DNA from: Octopus sinensis
Lineage: Eukaryota
Reading direction: 5' to 3'
DNA length: 64,000 bases
Assembly (NCBI RefSeq): GCF_006345805.1
Contig: NC_043004.1
Coordinates: forward strand, 82,150,001 to 82,214,000
Shown here piece after piece: positions 23,751 to 37,180 of this stretch. Positions within the stretch are counted from its first letter, which is position 1, and every line of letters begins with the position of its first letter. Made by a program: the position numbers and the translations under genes. The notes beneath the pieces were generated by a model, which was not told where the DNA came from, made no database searches, and saw only the letters and a list, made by a program, of their open reading frames with translations.

Positions 23751-24047
23751 CACATATATCTGTAAATATTTTCACTTTTATTAACACAGTATGGTGAAGT
23801 TTGAGGAAAAAATTAGCTCATAATTCTTGGAAGTAGAAAGATGTCGTAGCACATCTTGGCTGGATCGTAAAATGTTCATTAAGAAAACTCAGGTGATAGA
23901 TGACTAGACTTTCATAGATTTTACTGTGAAAATGGTTTTATGGTATTTTGATGTATCGACCACAAAAAGACGAATGACAAGGATAATCAAGGTAAGATTA
24001 ACAACAACAACAACAACAACAACAACAATAATAATAATAATGATTGA

Positions 24048-24090
<43 letters not shown>

Positions 24091-24104
24091 GTAATAATGA
24101 TAAT

Positions 24105-24430
24105 AATAAGGATTCTTTGGGGTTTGAATAATTCACCTCTGGAAACATGGGTGGTTCTTTCAACATCCTTAAACAACCCTTATTCAGGGACCTTTTGAGC
24201 GGGATGGGTTACTCAACCTGAAGAAAATTCTAACAGGGGCCCCACCTGCAAGGTCATGTGCTGTTTATTTTGTTATGAGATCATCATGTCGCGCACATAT
24301 GGTTGTGATGCATGTGCCTGGTGTACCCTTATCAGACGGGTAGTCATGATGGGTATATTGGGCTTCGTATATTTACCCCAGTGTCACTTTGATGGCATGA
24401 ACTGCTCTCTCACTCAATAATAATAATAAT
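24105..24430 (+). mobile_element. LINE-like 3' end with (AAT)n tail, short copy
   Basis: Homologous to 24810-25130; ends ctctcactcaataataataat. Confidence 0.65.
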
Positions 24431-24452
24431 AATAATATAATAATAATAATGA

Positions 24453-24517
<65 letters not shown>

Positions 24518-24544
24518 ATAATAATAAATAATAATAATAATAAT

Positions 24545-25130
24545 AATGATGATGATGATGATGCCCTGATGCAGTACCAGACAGTGGCTATCGTGGCTAC
24601 TGTTCTTAACTGATTGGAACTGTTATCATGAACATTGTTTTGTCTTGGTATAAAAGATAGGCTACAGCAAACATTCTGCTCAATATCACAGATTTGCTTG
24701 TCAGTTGTTTGACCGTAACCAGTTGAGCATGTACCTTAGTGGCTGACAATATGTGCACCTCTGATCACGAGCAGAAGTAGTGGGAGAGCATCATAGCCGT
24801 GTGTTGAAAGGAAGTCTTAGCGGTTTGGATAATTCACCTTTGGAAACATGGGTGGTTTGTTCAACATCCTTAAAACATCCCTATTTAGGGACCTTTTGAG
24901 CAGGATGGGTTACTCGACCAGAAGGAAATTCTAACTGGACCTCACCTGCAAGGTCATGTGCTGTTTATTTGATATGAGATCACCATGTCGCACACATATG
25001 GTTGTAATGCATGTGCCTAGTGTACCCTCATCAGACGGGTAGTCATGATGGGTATACTGGGCTTTGTATATTTTACCCCAGTGTCACATTGATGGCATGA
25101 ACTGCTCTCTTACTCATTAATAATAATAAT
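24545..25130 (+). mobile_element. LINE-like 3' end with (AAT)n tail, longer copy
   Basis: Same 3' terminus, longer 5' extension. Confidence 0.65.
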
Positions 25131-25409
25131 AACTAGCTGGACCCTTGAAAAATTCGCGGAAAACAAAAAATGTAAGATTCTGTAAAGAGTGAACTGGTGC
25201 CATGAGAAATATTTGTATATTATGACCGTCTGTCTTTACGTTCTGAGTTCAAATACTGCCGAGATCGACTTTGCCTTTCGTCATTTCGGGGTCGATAAAT
25301 TAAGTATAAGTTGTGTATTGGGGTCGATCTACTCAACTGATCCCCTCCCCACAAAAAATTCAGGCCTAGAAAAGTATATTGTGTAGAAATATGGAAATGT
25401 TATACAGTA

Positions 25410-25468
<59 letters not shown>

Positions 25469-25501
25469 GTAGTAGTAGTAGTAGTAGCAGCAGCTGTAGT
25501 A

Positions 25502-25601
25502 NNNNNNNNNNNNNNNNNNNNNNNNNNNNNNNNNNNNNNNNNNNNNNNNNNNNNNNNNNNNNNNNNNNNNNNNNNNNNNNNNNNNNNNNNNNNNNNNNNN
25601 N
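25502..25601. other. Assembly gap (100 N)
   Basis: Run of exactly 100 N next to a (TAC)n/(TAG)n tract; a round number like this is usually an unsized-gap placeholder. Confidence 0.99.
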
Positions 25602-25897
25602 AACAGTCAAGCTGTGCCTATGTATATGCATACATACGAACATACGTACACACCTACATATATCTATCTATTTATCTATACATACATATATATATATATA
25701 CACACACACATTATATACATGTAGGTATGTAAATATATAAATATTTACATATATTATGTAGATATTGTTATAGTTATATATGTGTGTGTATGTGTGTGTG
25801 TGTGTGTGTATGTATATACACACACTCACACATATATACGTATGTATGTATGTATGTAATGTATGTATGTATGTATGTATGTATGTATGTATGTATG

Positions 25898-25951
<54 letters not shown>

Positions 25952-26870
25952 ATCTATCTATCTATATTTTTCACACGCACATAGTCACACATATTTCAAG
26001 ATATAAAATTAGCTTAACTTCCGTTCTAACTAAATGAATAAGCATTTTGAAGCGAAACAATGTGGCCTGGGTATAAAAGCGTGATGCTGATAATGTATAC
26101 CAAATACTTTAATGCCACTGCGAAGTGAAATCCTTAACCGCATAAGAGAAACGAGATTGTTACAAAGAAAACGTCTTAATTCCTCAACAGAAGCCAAAGT
26201 TTTGCGAAACGAATAGCTTAAACCTTAAACAGAAACAAATAAATACGTAATGCGTATCTTAACTCTCCAACACGAACCAAGTAATTGCTAAACGAAATTC
26301 TTAACCGAATTTTTAACCAACATCCAGCCCTGTTCGTCTAAACATTGTTTTAGATGTGCTGTAGATGGATACATCGGAAACGGAGAAACGAAATGAATGA
26401 ATGAATGAATGAAGAGATAATATTACATCCGGTCAACGGCAAACTATGTTGCTTCGTTAATGCATTTACTTCGAATTCGTCAATGAGAAAGGCATTCCAT
26501 CGTAATCAGACATAAGGTTTCTTGTGATAAACAGCTTTGTCCTAAACCTTGTTATGCGTTCTCTTCAAAAGGTATTCGAACACATGGTTGAATTGAATAG
26601 CGTGTTTAAAAATGTACACATTGTCTACACAAGCATGTCTTTGATGTTGATGTTGTTCAGTGACCATTCTCAGGTCAGCTCTGTCGAAATGGACTGATGA
26701 CAAAAGGAATTCCAGAAATGACCACCCGTCGATTTTTGTTTCTCTCTCACCATATTATATACAGGATCGTCCAGTAGAATTGGTGGTTTTTGAAGCTTTC
26801 GCTTTCATTTCTAGCAAGCTTCTATTCTTCAAATATACATACACACCACACACACAATATACATGTATGA

Positions 26871-26921
<51 letters not shown>

Positions 26922-26922
26922 C

Positions 26923-26961
<39 letters not shown>

Positions 26962-27092
26962 TATATATATATATGTATGTATATATAATATGTATGTATA
27001 TATATATATATATAGTATATATATATGTGTATGTATATATACATATGTTATATATATATGTATATATATTGTGTATGTATATATATATATAT

Positions 27093-27150
<58 letters not shown>

Positions 27151-27326
27151 AATTGAGATAGGGGTTGCAAATGCAACCCTCCATGGGATAACATATATCC
27201 AATATACTGCTAGGGAAGTACCCAACAAAGTTAATACATAAATGTTAATGATTGCGATGCAATCAATTCATTTACTCTATTATATGGGCAAAGGTAAAAT
27301 GATTTACCACAGATTACTAATACAAG

Positions 27327-27623
27327 ATGGAGAAATACATCTAAATCAAATATCAATTACCAGATAATACTCAATCACATACTTTATTAAACCACCGCGT
27401 AAGAGACTGTAGGGTTAAATATAAAAAAGCAGAACAAATCAGTGTACATAAAGGAATGTCCATAAAATTACTCTTTTATATACACTCTTTTATGTACATT
27501 CCTTTATGTACACTGATTTGTTCTGCTTTTTATATTTAACCCTACAGTCTCTTATGTGGTGGTTTAATAAAGTATGTGATTGAGTATTATCTGGTAATTG
27601 ATATTTGATTTAGATTTCTCCAT
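27327..27623. repeat. Long near-perfect inverted repeat (arms ~27339-27467 and 27488-27615, 20-bp spacer)
   Basis: Arms are reverse complements apart from a few substitutions. Confidence 0.92.
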
Positions 27624-27895
27624 GTCATTATAAGAGAAAAAAAAAAAAAATGTTCTAATATTCTTCAGACATATTGAGGCAAATATATATATTTTTTAAC
27701 ATGTAAGCCTTCTGTCGTTTTTTCACTCTTTACTATTTTCTATATATTCACCCACGTGCTTTCACAAACCAACTTTCTTATATATATATATTTATATATA
27801 TATATATCGATGTTAAAGGTAAAGCGAAAGTTTATAAACTCTTTTTGATCTTAGAGTAAAGTAGTTGAGTTTGGTAGATGGAAAATTTGTGGAAG

Positions 27896-27935
<40 letters not shown>

Positions 27936-28288
27936 CTCTCTCTCTCTCTATATATATATATAATTAAAAGTAAATAAAAGAAAATGAAAAAATATATATG
28001 TATATATATATGTATATATGTGTGTGCGGGTGTATGTGTGTGTGTGTGTGTGAGCCTTTGTCCCTCACCACGGCTTGAAAACCGGTGTTGATATGTTTGT
28101 GTTCCCATAAATCAAAATTAGCTGTTAGTTTAAAGAGACCGAAAGAATAGGTACCAAATTTGAAAAAAAAATATTACTAAACCCATTCGGCTAAACCCTT
28201 CAGGGCGATGTCCCAGCATGGCCGCAGTCCAATAATTGAAACAAATTCGAAATATAGGATTAGATATTACAAGTTTCTCGTTACTTAC

Positions 28289-28412
28289 TTGTCCAAACAA
28301 AACAGGAAGGGATCCGATGAACGACAAAATCCAGACGCCCATTATCACTAACCTCGCATGCACCAGCGTACATATGTACTTTGCCTTCAAGGGATGTCGA
28401 ATAGCAATGTAC
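28289..28412 (-). CDS. GPCR exon: DRY motif, ICL2, TM4
   Basis: Acceptor catgtag|G, then YIAIRHPLKAKYICTLVHARLVIMGVWILSFIGSLPVLFGQ, donor GTAAGT at 28288; phase-2 start completes AG+G = R of ERY. Confidence 0.93.
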
Positions 28413-29211
28413 CTACATGATAGAAAGAAGAGATATGAATGAAACAGATTCTGAATATAGAGAAAGGAAAATGAAAATCAAATATAACTTGGGCGAAAAT
28501 CGACTGGAAAACAAAAGGGAAATATGACGCATTTTATGTTACACTGAAGTAGCACTATGACCCGACGTTGCCGGGTCATAGTGCTACTTCATGCATATAC
28601 AGCTACGTGCGTGCGCACATACACGCGAGTACTGTCCAAAACTCCGACCAATCACATACAGCTAGCTGGCGGTCAATTGGCGTATCAAGTTTCGGGCATT
28701 TTGATTGGGTTTTGGATAGAAAATTCACAAAAAAGTCACTTCTATTGATTTTTTTAATGAATTTGCGGGGTGACTGGGGAATGTAAAGATGTGCACGACC
28801 ACCCTTGGACGGTTTTGAATGACCATAGAAAGTGCGAGCCCTCTAAATGAAACTTTGTGGATTTGTATAAAGGATACACACACACACACACACACACATA
28901 CACAGACATTTTGCCGTTTATATATAGAGATACGGGTGTAGAAATGGTTCGCAACTACTGTTCCGATTCCGGTTTAAATCCGTTGCGTGGCACTTTGGTT
29001 TAATGTCTTTTAACCAAGCGTTTACTTGACAACTGTCTTGTGAATTAAATTTGTATTATAATGGAAACACTGCGGAAGCTAGTCGTCTATCTAATAAAGG
29101 CAATATATTTTGGGATATCCCTACACATCTGGCATCTATTTTCTTCCTCCACTTCACTCTCTATTTTGTATTACATCTAAACTAACTGTGACTTAACCAT
29201 CCTCTCATACC

Positions 29212-29263
29212 GTCTCTGATGAAGGGATATAATTAAGAAATATCCTGGAAACAGCTGTAAGAC
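29212..29263 (+). ncRNA. Type-I hammerhead ribozyme motif in a Penelope-like pLTR fragment (~29110-29290)
   Basis: GTCT-CTGATGA-A-GGGATAT-(9 nt)-ATATCCT-G-GAAA-CAGCTG-T-A-AGAC; all three stems pair; GUA triplet. Confidence 0.8.
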
Positions 29264-29453
29264 CTTCATTCTATAAATGTTCTAATATCTACACAGCCTT
29301 GGTTTTGTTTTTTTATCTCATTGCGCAAAAAATTCGCATATTCGCAAAATTACCGAACCTGGAACTTAACTATGGTCTGTCTATAGCACTTATTCAGTAT
29401 TACCTGACCCCTTTGGGTCTCAATGACACCGTTATCTCTTATAACCTATATAT

Positions 29454-29495
<42 letters not shown>

Positions 29496-30054
29496 TGTGT
29501 GTGTGTGTGGTGTGTGTGTGTGTGTGGGTGTGGGTGTGTGTGGTGTGTGTATGTGTGTGTGGTGTGTTCGCGCAATAAGCGAAATTAGTGTGATACACTA
29601 CACCAGGGACGCTGATGATGATGATGATGATGTGATGGTGATGATGATACAGTATAGTAGTAGTAGTGTAGTAGTAGTAGTAGTAGTAGCAGCAGTAGCA
29701 GTAGTAGTAGTAAAATGAGTATGAAGTAAAGAGAAGACAAAAGAAAAAGAAAAAGAAAACGAGGAAGTCAATAACAACAACAGGAGAAAAGCTAAACATT
29801 GACACGTATATTTCCTCCATTATTAATTGATTATTGAATTCATATAATATCAATATTTTGTTTTTAAAATAATCAAACCAAATAAAATTGATAAAAGAAA
29901 AAGTGCTAAAGTGTCACCACCCACGCAAAAATATAGAAAAAAATTTAAAGAAAAGTCAAGGCTGAGAGAGAAAAGTGTTTTGACATCGAAATCTTCTTCA
30001 TCGAAAATGAATATTTTCCCTCAAATTCGGTATTGATGATTTACTCAAGACAAA

Positions 30055-30325
30055 TATGTACGTATGTATGCATGCATGTATGTATGTATGTATGTATGTA
30101 TGTATGTATGTATGTATGTATGTATGTATGTATGTATGTATGTATGCATGCTGCATTCATGCATGAATGTGTGTATGTATGTATGTATGAATGTATGTAT
30201 GTATGTATGTATGTATGCATGTATGCATGTATGTATATATGCATGCATGCATGTATGTATGTATGTATGTATGTATGTATGTATGTATGTATGTATGTAT
30301 GTATGTATGTATGTGTATATGATAT
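30055..30325. repeat. (TATG)n microsatellite
   Basis: Direct reading. Confidence 0.95.
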
Positions 30326-30342
30326 GATCGGTAGCCACTAAA

Positions 30343-30505
30343 CCTTTTCTATTTTCTCTCCCTGATTATTTCTGTGTTTCTTTCTGTTGAAGAGCGTACG
30401 CTCGAATCGTAAAAGACTTTCTCACTTCCCGAGTATTAAACTAATACATCTGTTTGTCGTTTACACACCCGTCTTCGTCTTTTTTTTTTGTAAATTCCAA
30501 CTATA
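30343..30505 (+). mobile_element. CUGUUGA hammerhead-like repeat, copy 2 (motif 30379-30416)
   Basis: TCTTT-CTGTTGA-A-GAGC-GTAC-GCTC-GAAT-CGT-A-AAAGA. Confidence 0.7.
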
Positions 30506-30544
30506 TATATATATATATATGATTGTGTATATTATTAAATTGTG

Positions 30545-30703
30545 TAAGGCACAGGAGTGGTTGTGTGGCAAGTAGCTTGCTTACCAACCACATGGGTTCA
30601 GTCCCACTGAGTGACACCTTAGGCAAGGGTCTTCTACTATAGCCTTGGACGCATCAAAGCCTTGTGATTGGATTTGGTAGACGGAAACTGAAAGAAACCC
30701 GTC

Positions 30704-30788
<85 letters not shown>

Positions 30789-31182
30789 CCCTTTACTCTT
30801 TTTACTCTTTTACTTGTTTCAGTCATTTGACTGTGGCCATGCTGGAGCACCGCCTTTACTCGAGCAAATGACCCAGGACTTATTCTTTGTAAGCCTAGTA
30901 CTTATTCTATCGGTCTCTTTTGCCGAACTGCTAAGTTACAGTGACGTAAACACACCAGCATCAGTAGTCAAGCGATGTTGGGGGGACAAACACAGACACA
31001 CACACATACACACACACATATATAAGCATATATACGACGGGCTTCTTTCAGTTTCCAAATCCACTCGCAAGGCTTAGATCGACCCGAGGCTATAGTAGAA
31101 GACACTTGCCTAAGGTGCCACGCAGTGGGACTGAACCCGGAACCATGTGGTTGGTAAAGAAGCTACTTGCCACACAGCGACT

Positions 31183-31185
<3 letters not shown>
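30545..31185. mobile_element. SINE A head (+, 30545-30705) and full SINE A (-, 30790-31185) around (TA)n
   Basis: Inverted orientation of homologous segments. Confidence 0.8.
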
Positions 31186-31235
<50 letters not shown>

Positions 31236-32831
31236 CCACACGAATAAAGGCAATGCTCCAGCATGGCCGTAGTCAAATGACTGAAACAAGTAAAAGAATA
31301 AAATGAATGTTTCTTTGTGTATTGTGGAAGTATAACCAGTTTATTGCTCATAAGTTTTAACAACAAGATCTTACATGAATCTTTAGGGGTCATATAAACC
31401 CCGGTTGAAAATCGCTGTCCTAAAGTCTTAACTCTTTTGAGACAAACGGTGTTTTGGTATGTGTAGCCAAAAAGATCAAAATTTTTTTTCTATTGAGACA
31501 CGTCTACTGAAAACCGATCTCTGATTAGCTGTTACACTTCAAGACCAACCATTCATAACGTGTGTTTCATCAGGCCGATGAATCGGCCTCAAAGTCATTT
31601 CAGTTTGTATCACTTGGGCTGAGCGATTGGCCTGGGTGCCCTAATAGGATTAAGACACATTAAGGGTTTCTTTTGATTTGAAGGGAGGACTATCTGTCAC
31701 TTCTAGCAAATCGCTGGCGATAATCTTTCATGTCGAAACCTTTGAAAATGTTCATAATTTCACTTACGACTCTCGTTTATATCTAGAAAAGCTAAAAAAC
31801 AGGACGAAACAAAAACTAATCGAAAAATCGATATAACCGATTTAGAAGTGACTTTACAAAATTAATGATATATGTTAATGTATAATTTCACGAAAATAAA
31901 CTGAACCAAAAATTGAAAAAAAAATTAATGTTAAAATAATTTTTGAAAGAAAAAGTGAAAATTTAATTGGTCTAAATCTAATTATTCTTTAAAATATAAT
32001 TGGTTAGTTTTAATGAGTATTTGCCAACAAATGAATCCTAATAAGTTCTGATTAAAAAGAAATAAAACTACAGTTTGTACTGTTTTGCGGAGATGGAGGG
32101 CGTTGGATTGAATATTAGATTGAGCTTTTGACGTTATACAGAGATCAAACCCCACCAAATTCAAAATGCGTGGTTCCTACTTTTTTTCTGAGTCTAGGAC
32201 TCATAAGGTTTCCATGGCATATAATTGATCGATTTCCTAACAATACCCCTAAATGGGACTCTGTTCTGTTGAAGGATTCAGGGCCGACAATTTTGAGAGA
32301 AAGGAAGATCAAGTCGATTACATCGACTCCAGTATTTGACTAGTATTTCATATGAAAGACCCCGAAGTGGGGAGAAGAAAGTTGGCTTCGGTAGAATTTG
32401 AACTAAGAACGTCAAAAGCTGGAAGAAATTCCACAAAGCATTTTGTCCAAGGGGCAAACGATTCTGCTTTCTCACCGCCATGGGTTTCTGCATGTACCAG
32501 TATTAAACTGGAATCAATGAAACTGATTACAAACTACCCCCTAAAAAAAAGAACTTTCTGATTGGTCTGTCATAATGAAGAGAGGGAAAAATCAGCGAAT
32601 TATGCAATTCCGTTTTAGGGGAAGGTTATCTTTTTTGTTGATAGCGAACATACAGCATCTTGTTTCTCAGATTATTCGTTACCATCAGAAAACAATACTC
32701 TACAAGGAAAAATACTCTCTCAAAACTCTAAAGCTCATTCTGTCTTATTCTCAGTCTTATTCTCCACTCTCTTCCTGCTATACATTAGTGAAAGCAGATG
32801 GCTTAATAGTGAGGGTATTTGCCTCCCAATT

Positions 32832-33361
32832 AAGGCGGCGAGCTGGCAGAAACGTTAGCAGGCCGGGCAAAATGCTTAGCAGTATTTCGTCTGCCGCTAA
32901 GTTCTGAGTTCAAATTCCGCCGAGGTCCAATTTTCCTTTCATCCTTTCGGGGTCGATTAAATAAGTACCAGTTACTCACTGGAGTTGATATAATCGATTT
33001 AATCCGTCTGTCTGTCCTTGTTTGTCCTCTCCGTGTTTATACCCTTGTGGGTAGTAAAGAAAAAGGTATTTGCCTCACAACTGTAAGGTTGTTGGTTCAA
33101 TTCTCAACGGTGTTTTGTGTTCTTGAACAAGACACTTTATTTCACGTTGTTCCAATTCCCTCAGCTGGTGAAAATGAGTAGCACTTGTATTTCAAAGGGG
33201 CCAGCCTTGTCACATTCTGTGTCACGCTAAATTTCTTTGAGAACTACATAAAGGATATACGTGTCTGTGGAGTACTCAGCCACTTGCACATTAATTTCAC
33301 GAGTAGACTGTTCCGTTGATCGGATCAAATGAACTCATTGTCGTAAACCGATGGAGTGCCA
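32832..33361 (+). mobile_element. SINE B (32832-33070) followed by a C-head/X-tail chimeric SINE (33070-33361)
   Basis: 33190-33361 matches the tail of the SINE D copy at 63280-63480 (reverse complement). Confidence 0.7.
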
Positions 33362-33869
33362 ATGGAGTGTGGAACACTTCTCCCTACTCTGAATCAGTGC
33401 TGCTACTACGCACACTGATATTGTGGAGTGCATCCAGATAAGGCCCACTCAATTAAATGGCATTCAATTATTAACCCCCAGTCTTCTTTACATAGGTTAT
33501 TGTTTTCTTTTTTCTATTGCTACAACAATAGCCTCTGTTTCCCGAAGATTGCTAGTCTCATACCTCAACTACTCGACATTATTCAATCGTCTTCCCATTT
33601 CTCGTCACTTTTGTGATGTCCAATCCCTTCGGCCTCGCCATAACCACAATGCTTAGTCCTTTCTTCCTAGAAAAGCGCCCTCTATGACCTGCTCGCCAAT
33701 GTTTTTTCTGTGTTGATCAACATTTTAGCGGTTTTAAGCAACCATTGTTTTTCTTAGGTTATTTATTATATCGTATATTCTCTAATTAGTTTGGTTTACA
33801 GTAATGTAATGCTATTTATTATGTTTCCTAATTGGAAATAGATTATTCTATTTGGCTTTTTAAGTAAGG

Positions 33870-34560
33870 GTATATATAATGATTAAAACGTCACTTATAA
33901 CTTAAGTGTTATCATTATACGCAAATCCGAATTACAGCATATAAACGCCATAGAGAAATATACTTTATCGAACGCTAACGAATATTAGCGTCATGTATGT
34001 ATAATATTATCTTCGTGTTCATTTAACCGCTATAAAAAATACAATTTAATAATTACAGAAATGCACATTTATACATAGTTGAAGAAGTGAAGAAAGAGAA
34101 AATATTTTCTTAATTAGTTTTTATTATATACATAACATTTTATATTATATACAGGTGAAAGAGAGATAATCTTCGTCTTAGAGAATTACGACTATATTTT
34201 TTACTAGCTAATTCATAATCTAACTAACATTGAATCACAACAATTCAAAATAGACTTGTTAGATTTTCCTTGGACATGATATGAAAATCACCAATGTCTC
34301 AAAGAAGTGAGTGTCGTGGAGTTTAGTTACATCCAGCAAACACTAACGTTCTTCCTAAAATCCATGGTTTTTATAACTGCTCAACTTGACTTAAAAGAAT
34401 CGAAATTACATACATATATTCTTTAAGTAACTTTTAGTATTCTTGTATGAGCAGTTATATTAACCAATGGAAAAACGACAATAATATTTCTTCGGCAATA
34501 CGACATTACGTCATATTGCCAGCTACCACAAATTGGCGCCTTATTTTAAAATGGCTACTT
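33870..34560. repeat. Old unclassified repeat, uninterrupted paralog of 10780-11900
   Basis: Contains cacaacaattcaaaatagacttg = empty Helitron site. Confidence 0.7.
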
Positions 34561-36578
34561 GCTATAACATCGATTTAAAATGAACATTAACGACACCGGT
34601 GTGGAACGGTCTGCAATAAGCATGGGTAATACACAGCACTGGATTAACAATTAAGCAGAAGAAGCACGTGCTTAGGACATCAAGCTAAGTCGAGGTACCA
34701 TAGAAATGGTAAATGATTTACAGCATAAAAGGGATCACGTTAAAGCTACTAAGATAATATTCGAAATGGTTTATATGATCGGAAATAATTTCGAAGTATT
34801 CATGCCATCATAGTGAGGGGCTGATCAAAGACTTTGCAATTAAAAAAGTATAAAACTTTTCGAATATAAATAAAGTGGAAGTATACAAAAATGAACGTTA
34901 TTTTCCCTCTTACTGTTTTGTTTCGTTTTGAAAAATAAAAAAATCTATTTTATGGTTTGTTATTGTTTATATTTTGAATTACATGTAAATGATGGAGGGC
35001 ATCAAAATCTTTTATGTGTTTAGAGCCTTCATGGGTCTTTATCCAGCCCTGCTAATAACACAACCTCCAGACTCAAAATAAAGAAGGGAAAGAAGAAAGG
35101 GGTGAGAGAGGAGATAGGAGAGAAGAGAGATTGAATTATTATCAAGTATTGATCTTCTCACAGTAACTTAATTTATTGCAATTTTAACTCATTAATTGCC
35201 GATACAGACACTAACTGTTTATTTTAAAAAGAAAATAATTAAACAAGGTTGTTATAATTTTTCTTCGACTATCAACCTCATTATACATATGAAATATCTT
35301 TTGATAATTACTTCTATATTATTAAATACTAAATATTAAATATCAAAAAATATTTCACCTCTGCAGATGAGTTCAAAGTCAGTAAAATTATATTTTCAAT
35401 AACAAATCATTTCAGTGGGCAGTTAGACAGTTAATAATTAAATATATGGAAATGAAAAAGAACATAATCAAGAGAAGCGAGGGTTTCACATTTGATAGAG
35501 CTCACACACAAGCACACATGCTCACCCACAAACACACGTATACAAATCATTGAACGAATGGAAGAAAGCAGAACTATTCAACGCATTTGGTAGAAGTTAC
35601 ATATATTATTTAATAACAGTTTTCATTCGGTTATAAGCAACTTGTAGTTTCCTAGGCTCGTAGGACGAACCTATCTCGTCAGGCATCCAGAGGAGAGTTA
35701 TATATTGGTCGAGATCCCTACAACTATTAACAGTGGCACCCATACCTCCTATACAACACTTCACTCATTCAGTTTCACTTCGAAATGGCAGAGGGCAAGG
35801 ACCCTAATAAAACAGCACCGACCATAACATCAGCTTGCATATCCAACAGCGTGTAGTCGCTGCAGTTGAAACACGTGTAGGCTCCGTAAAATGATGTAAA
35901 TAACTGTTAAATAAAACTATGGAAGTGAAAAATCTCCCTTCTCCATATCATTATTAATACTTTATATTTCAAATTCCGCCGGGGTTGATAAAATAAGTAG
36001 CAGTGAAACACTGGGGGTCAATATAATCGACTAGCCCCCGCCCCACAACCTGAGACCTTGTGCCGCCAGTTGAGAGGATTATTAATACTATATATACATA
36101 TGCACAGGGGTGGCAGTGTATTTTTCTTTTTAAGTTGAACAAAGCTTTTTTTTTATATCCCCCTTTCACTTAACGCATGCGCATAAGTGCAATTCTGCGA
36201 AATATTCACGCTTATTTACGTGACAAATATATGCAATTTAACTAAAGGTTGTAACATGTGTACAGAACTTCGTTATTTGTTTATGGCAAAATGGCAAAAT
36301 AAGAGAGAATATTTATTTTATGAGTTCTGTGTATTAAGTCTATAAAATTGTGGATAAAGTGTATAAAGTGTATATATAAAGTTCATTAAGTAATCATCGT
36401 ATTCCAATTTTCTCCACTTCTCAATGAGTAGCAGATGAGCGACTGTCTTTCCATGAAGACACAACACAGGATACTCTTTCAGGAGCTTTGGATAACGTTT
36501 TCAGAAATAACCTAATAGGTTTACCGTTGATTCCGTGAAATATTCACGGGTCCCGCTGGTATAGTAATAATAATAATA

Positions 36579-36617
<39 letters not shown>

Positions 36618-36740
36618 TAATATATATACACACACAAACACACATACACACAGACACAACATACACAAACACACACACAAACAAAAATACGCACACGCAA
36701 ATATATTCTTTTATTTGTTTCAGTCATGTGACTGCGGCCA

Positions 36741-36776
<36 letters not shown>

Positions 36777-36794
36777 TGAATTTATATGTATGTA

Positions 36795-37180
36795 TAGGCG
36801 CAGGAGTGGTTGTGTGGTAAGAAATTTGCTCCCCAGCCACATGGTTCCGGGTTCAGTCCCACTGCGTGGTACCTTGGGCAAGCGTCTTCTACTATTATCT
36901 ACTATTAAGCCTTGTGAGTGGATTTGGTAGACGGAAACTGAAAGAAACCCGTCGTATATATGTACGTATGTGTGTGCATGTGCTTGTGTGTCTGTGTTTG
37001 TCCCTGCAACATCGCTTGATAACGGATGCAGGTGTGTTTGCGACCCTAGAACCTAGCGGTTCGGCAAAACAGATCAATAGAATAAGTACTAAGCTTACAA
37101 AGAATATGTCCTGGGGTCGATTTGTTCGACTAAAGGCAGTGCTCCAGCATGACCTCAGTCAAATGACAGAAAAAAAATGA
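36795..37180 (+). mobile_element. SINE family A
   Basis: Full head aggcgcaggagtggttgtgtggtaag. Confidence 0.85.

Noticed and set aside
25128-25165. Possible second Helitron 3' end (actagctggaccc...gcgg)
   Set aside because: Hairpin is weak and no matching 5' TC end or empty site was found.
26693-26725. CTGATGA...GAAA on the + strand
   Set aside because: Intervening sequence does not form a stem closing the core; no stem I or III.
31555-31595. Minus-strand CTGATGA next to the hairpin AGGCCGAT-GA-ATCGGCCT
   Set aside because: The hairpin lies on the wrong side of the core and no GAAA follows a stem II.
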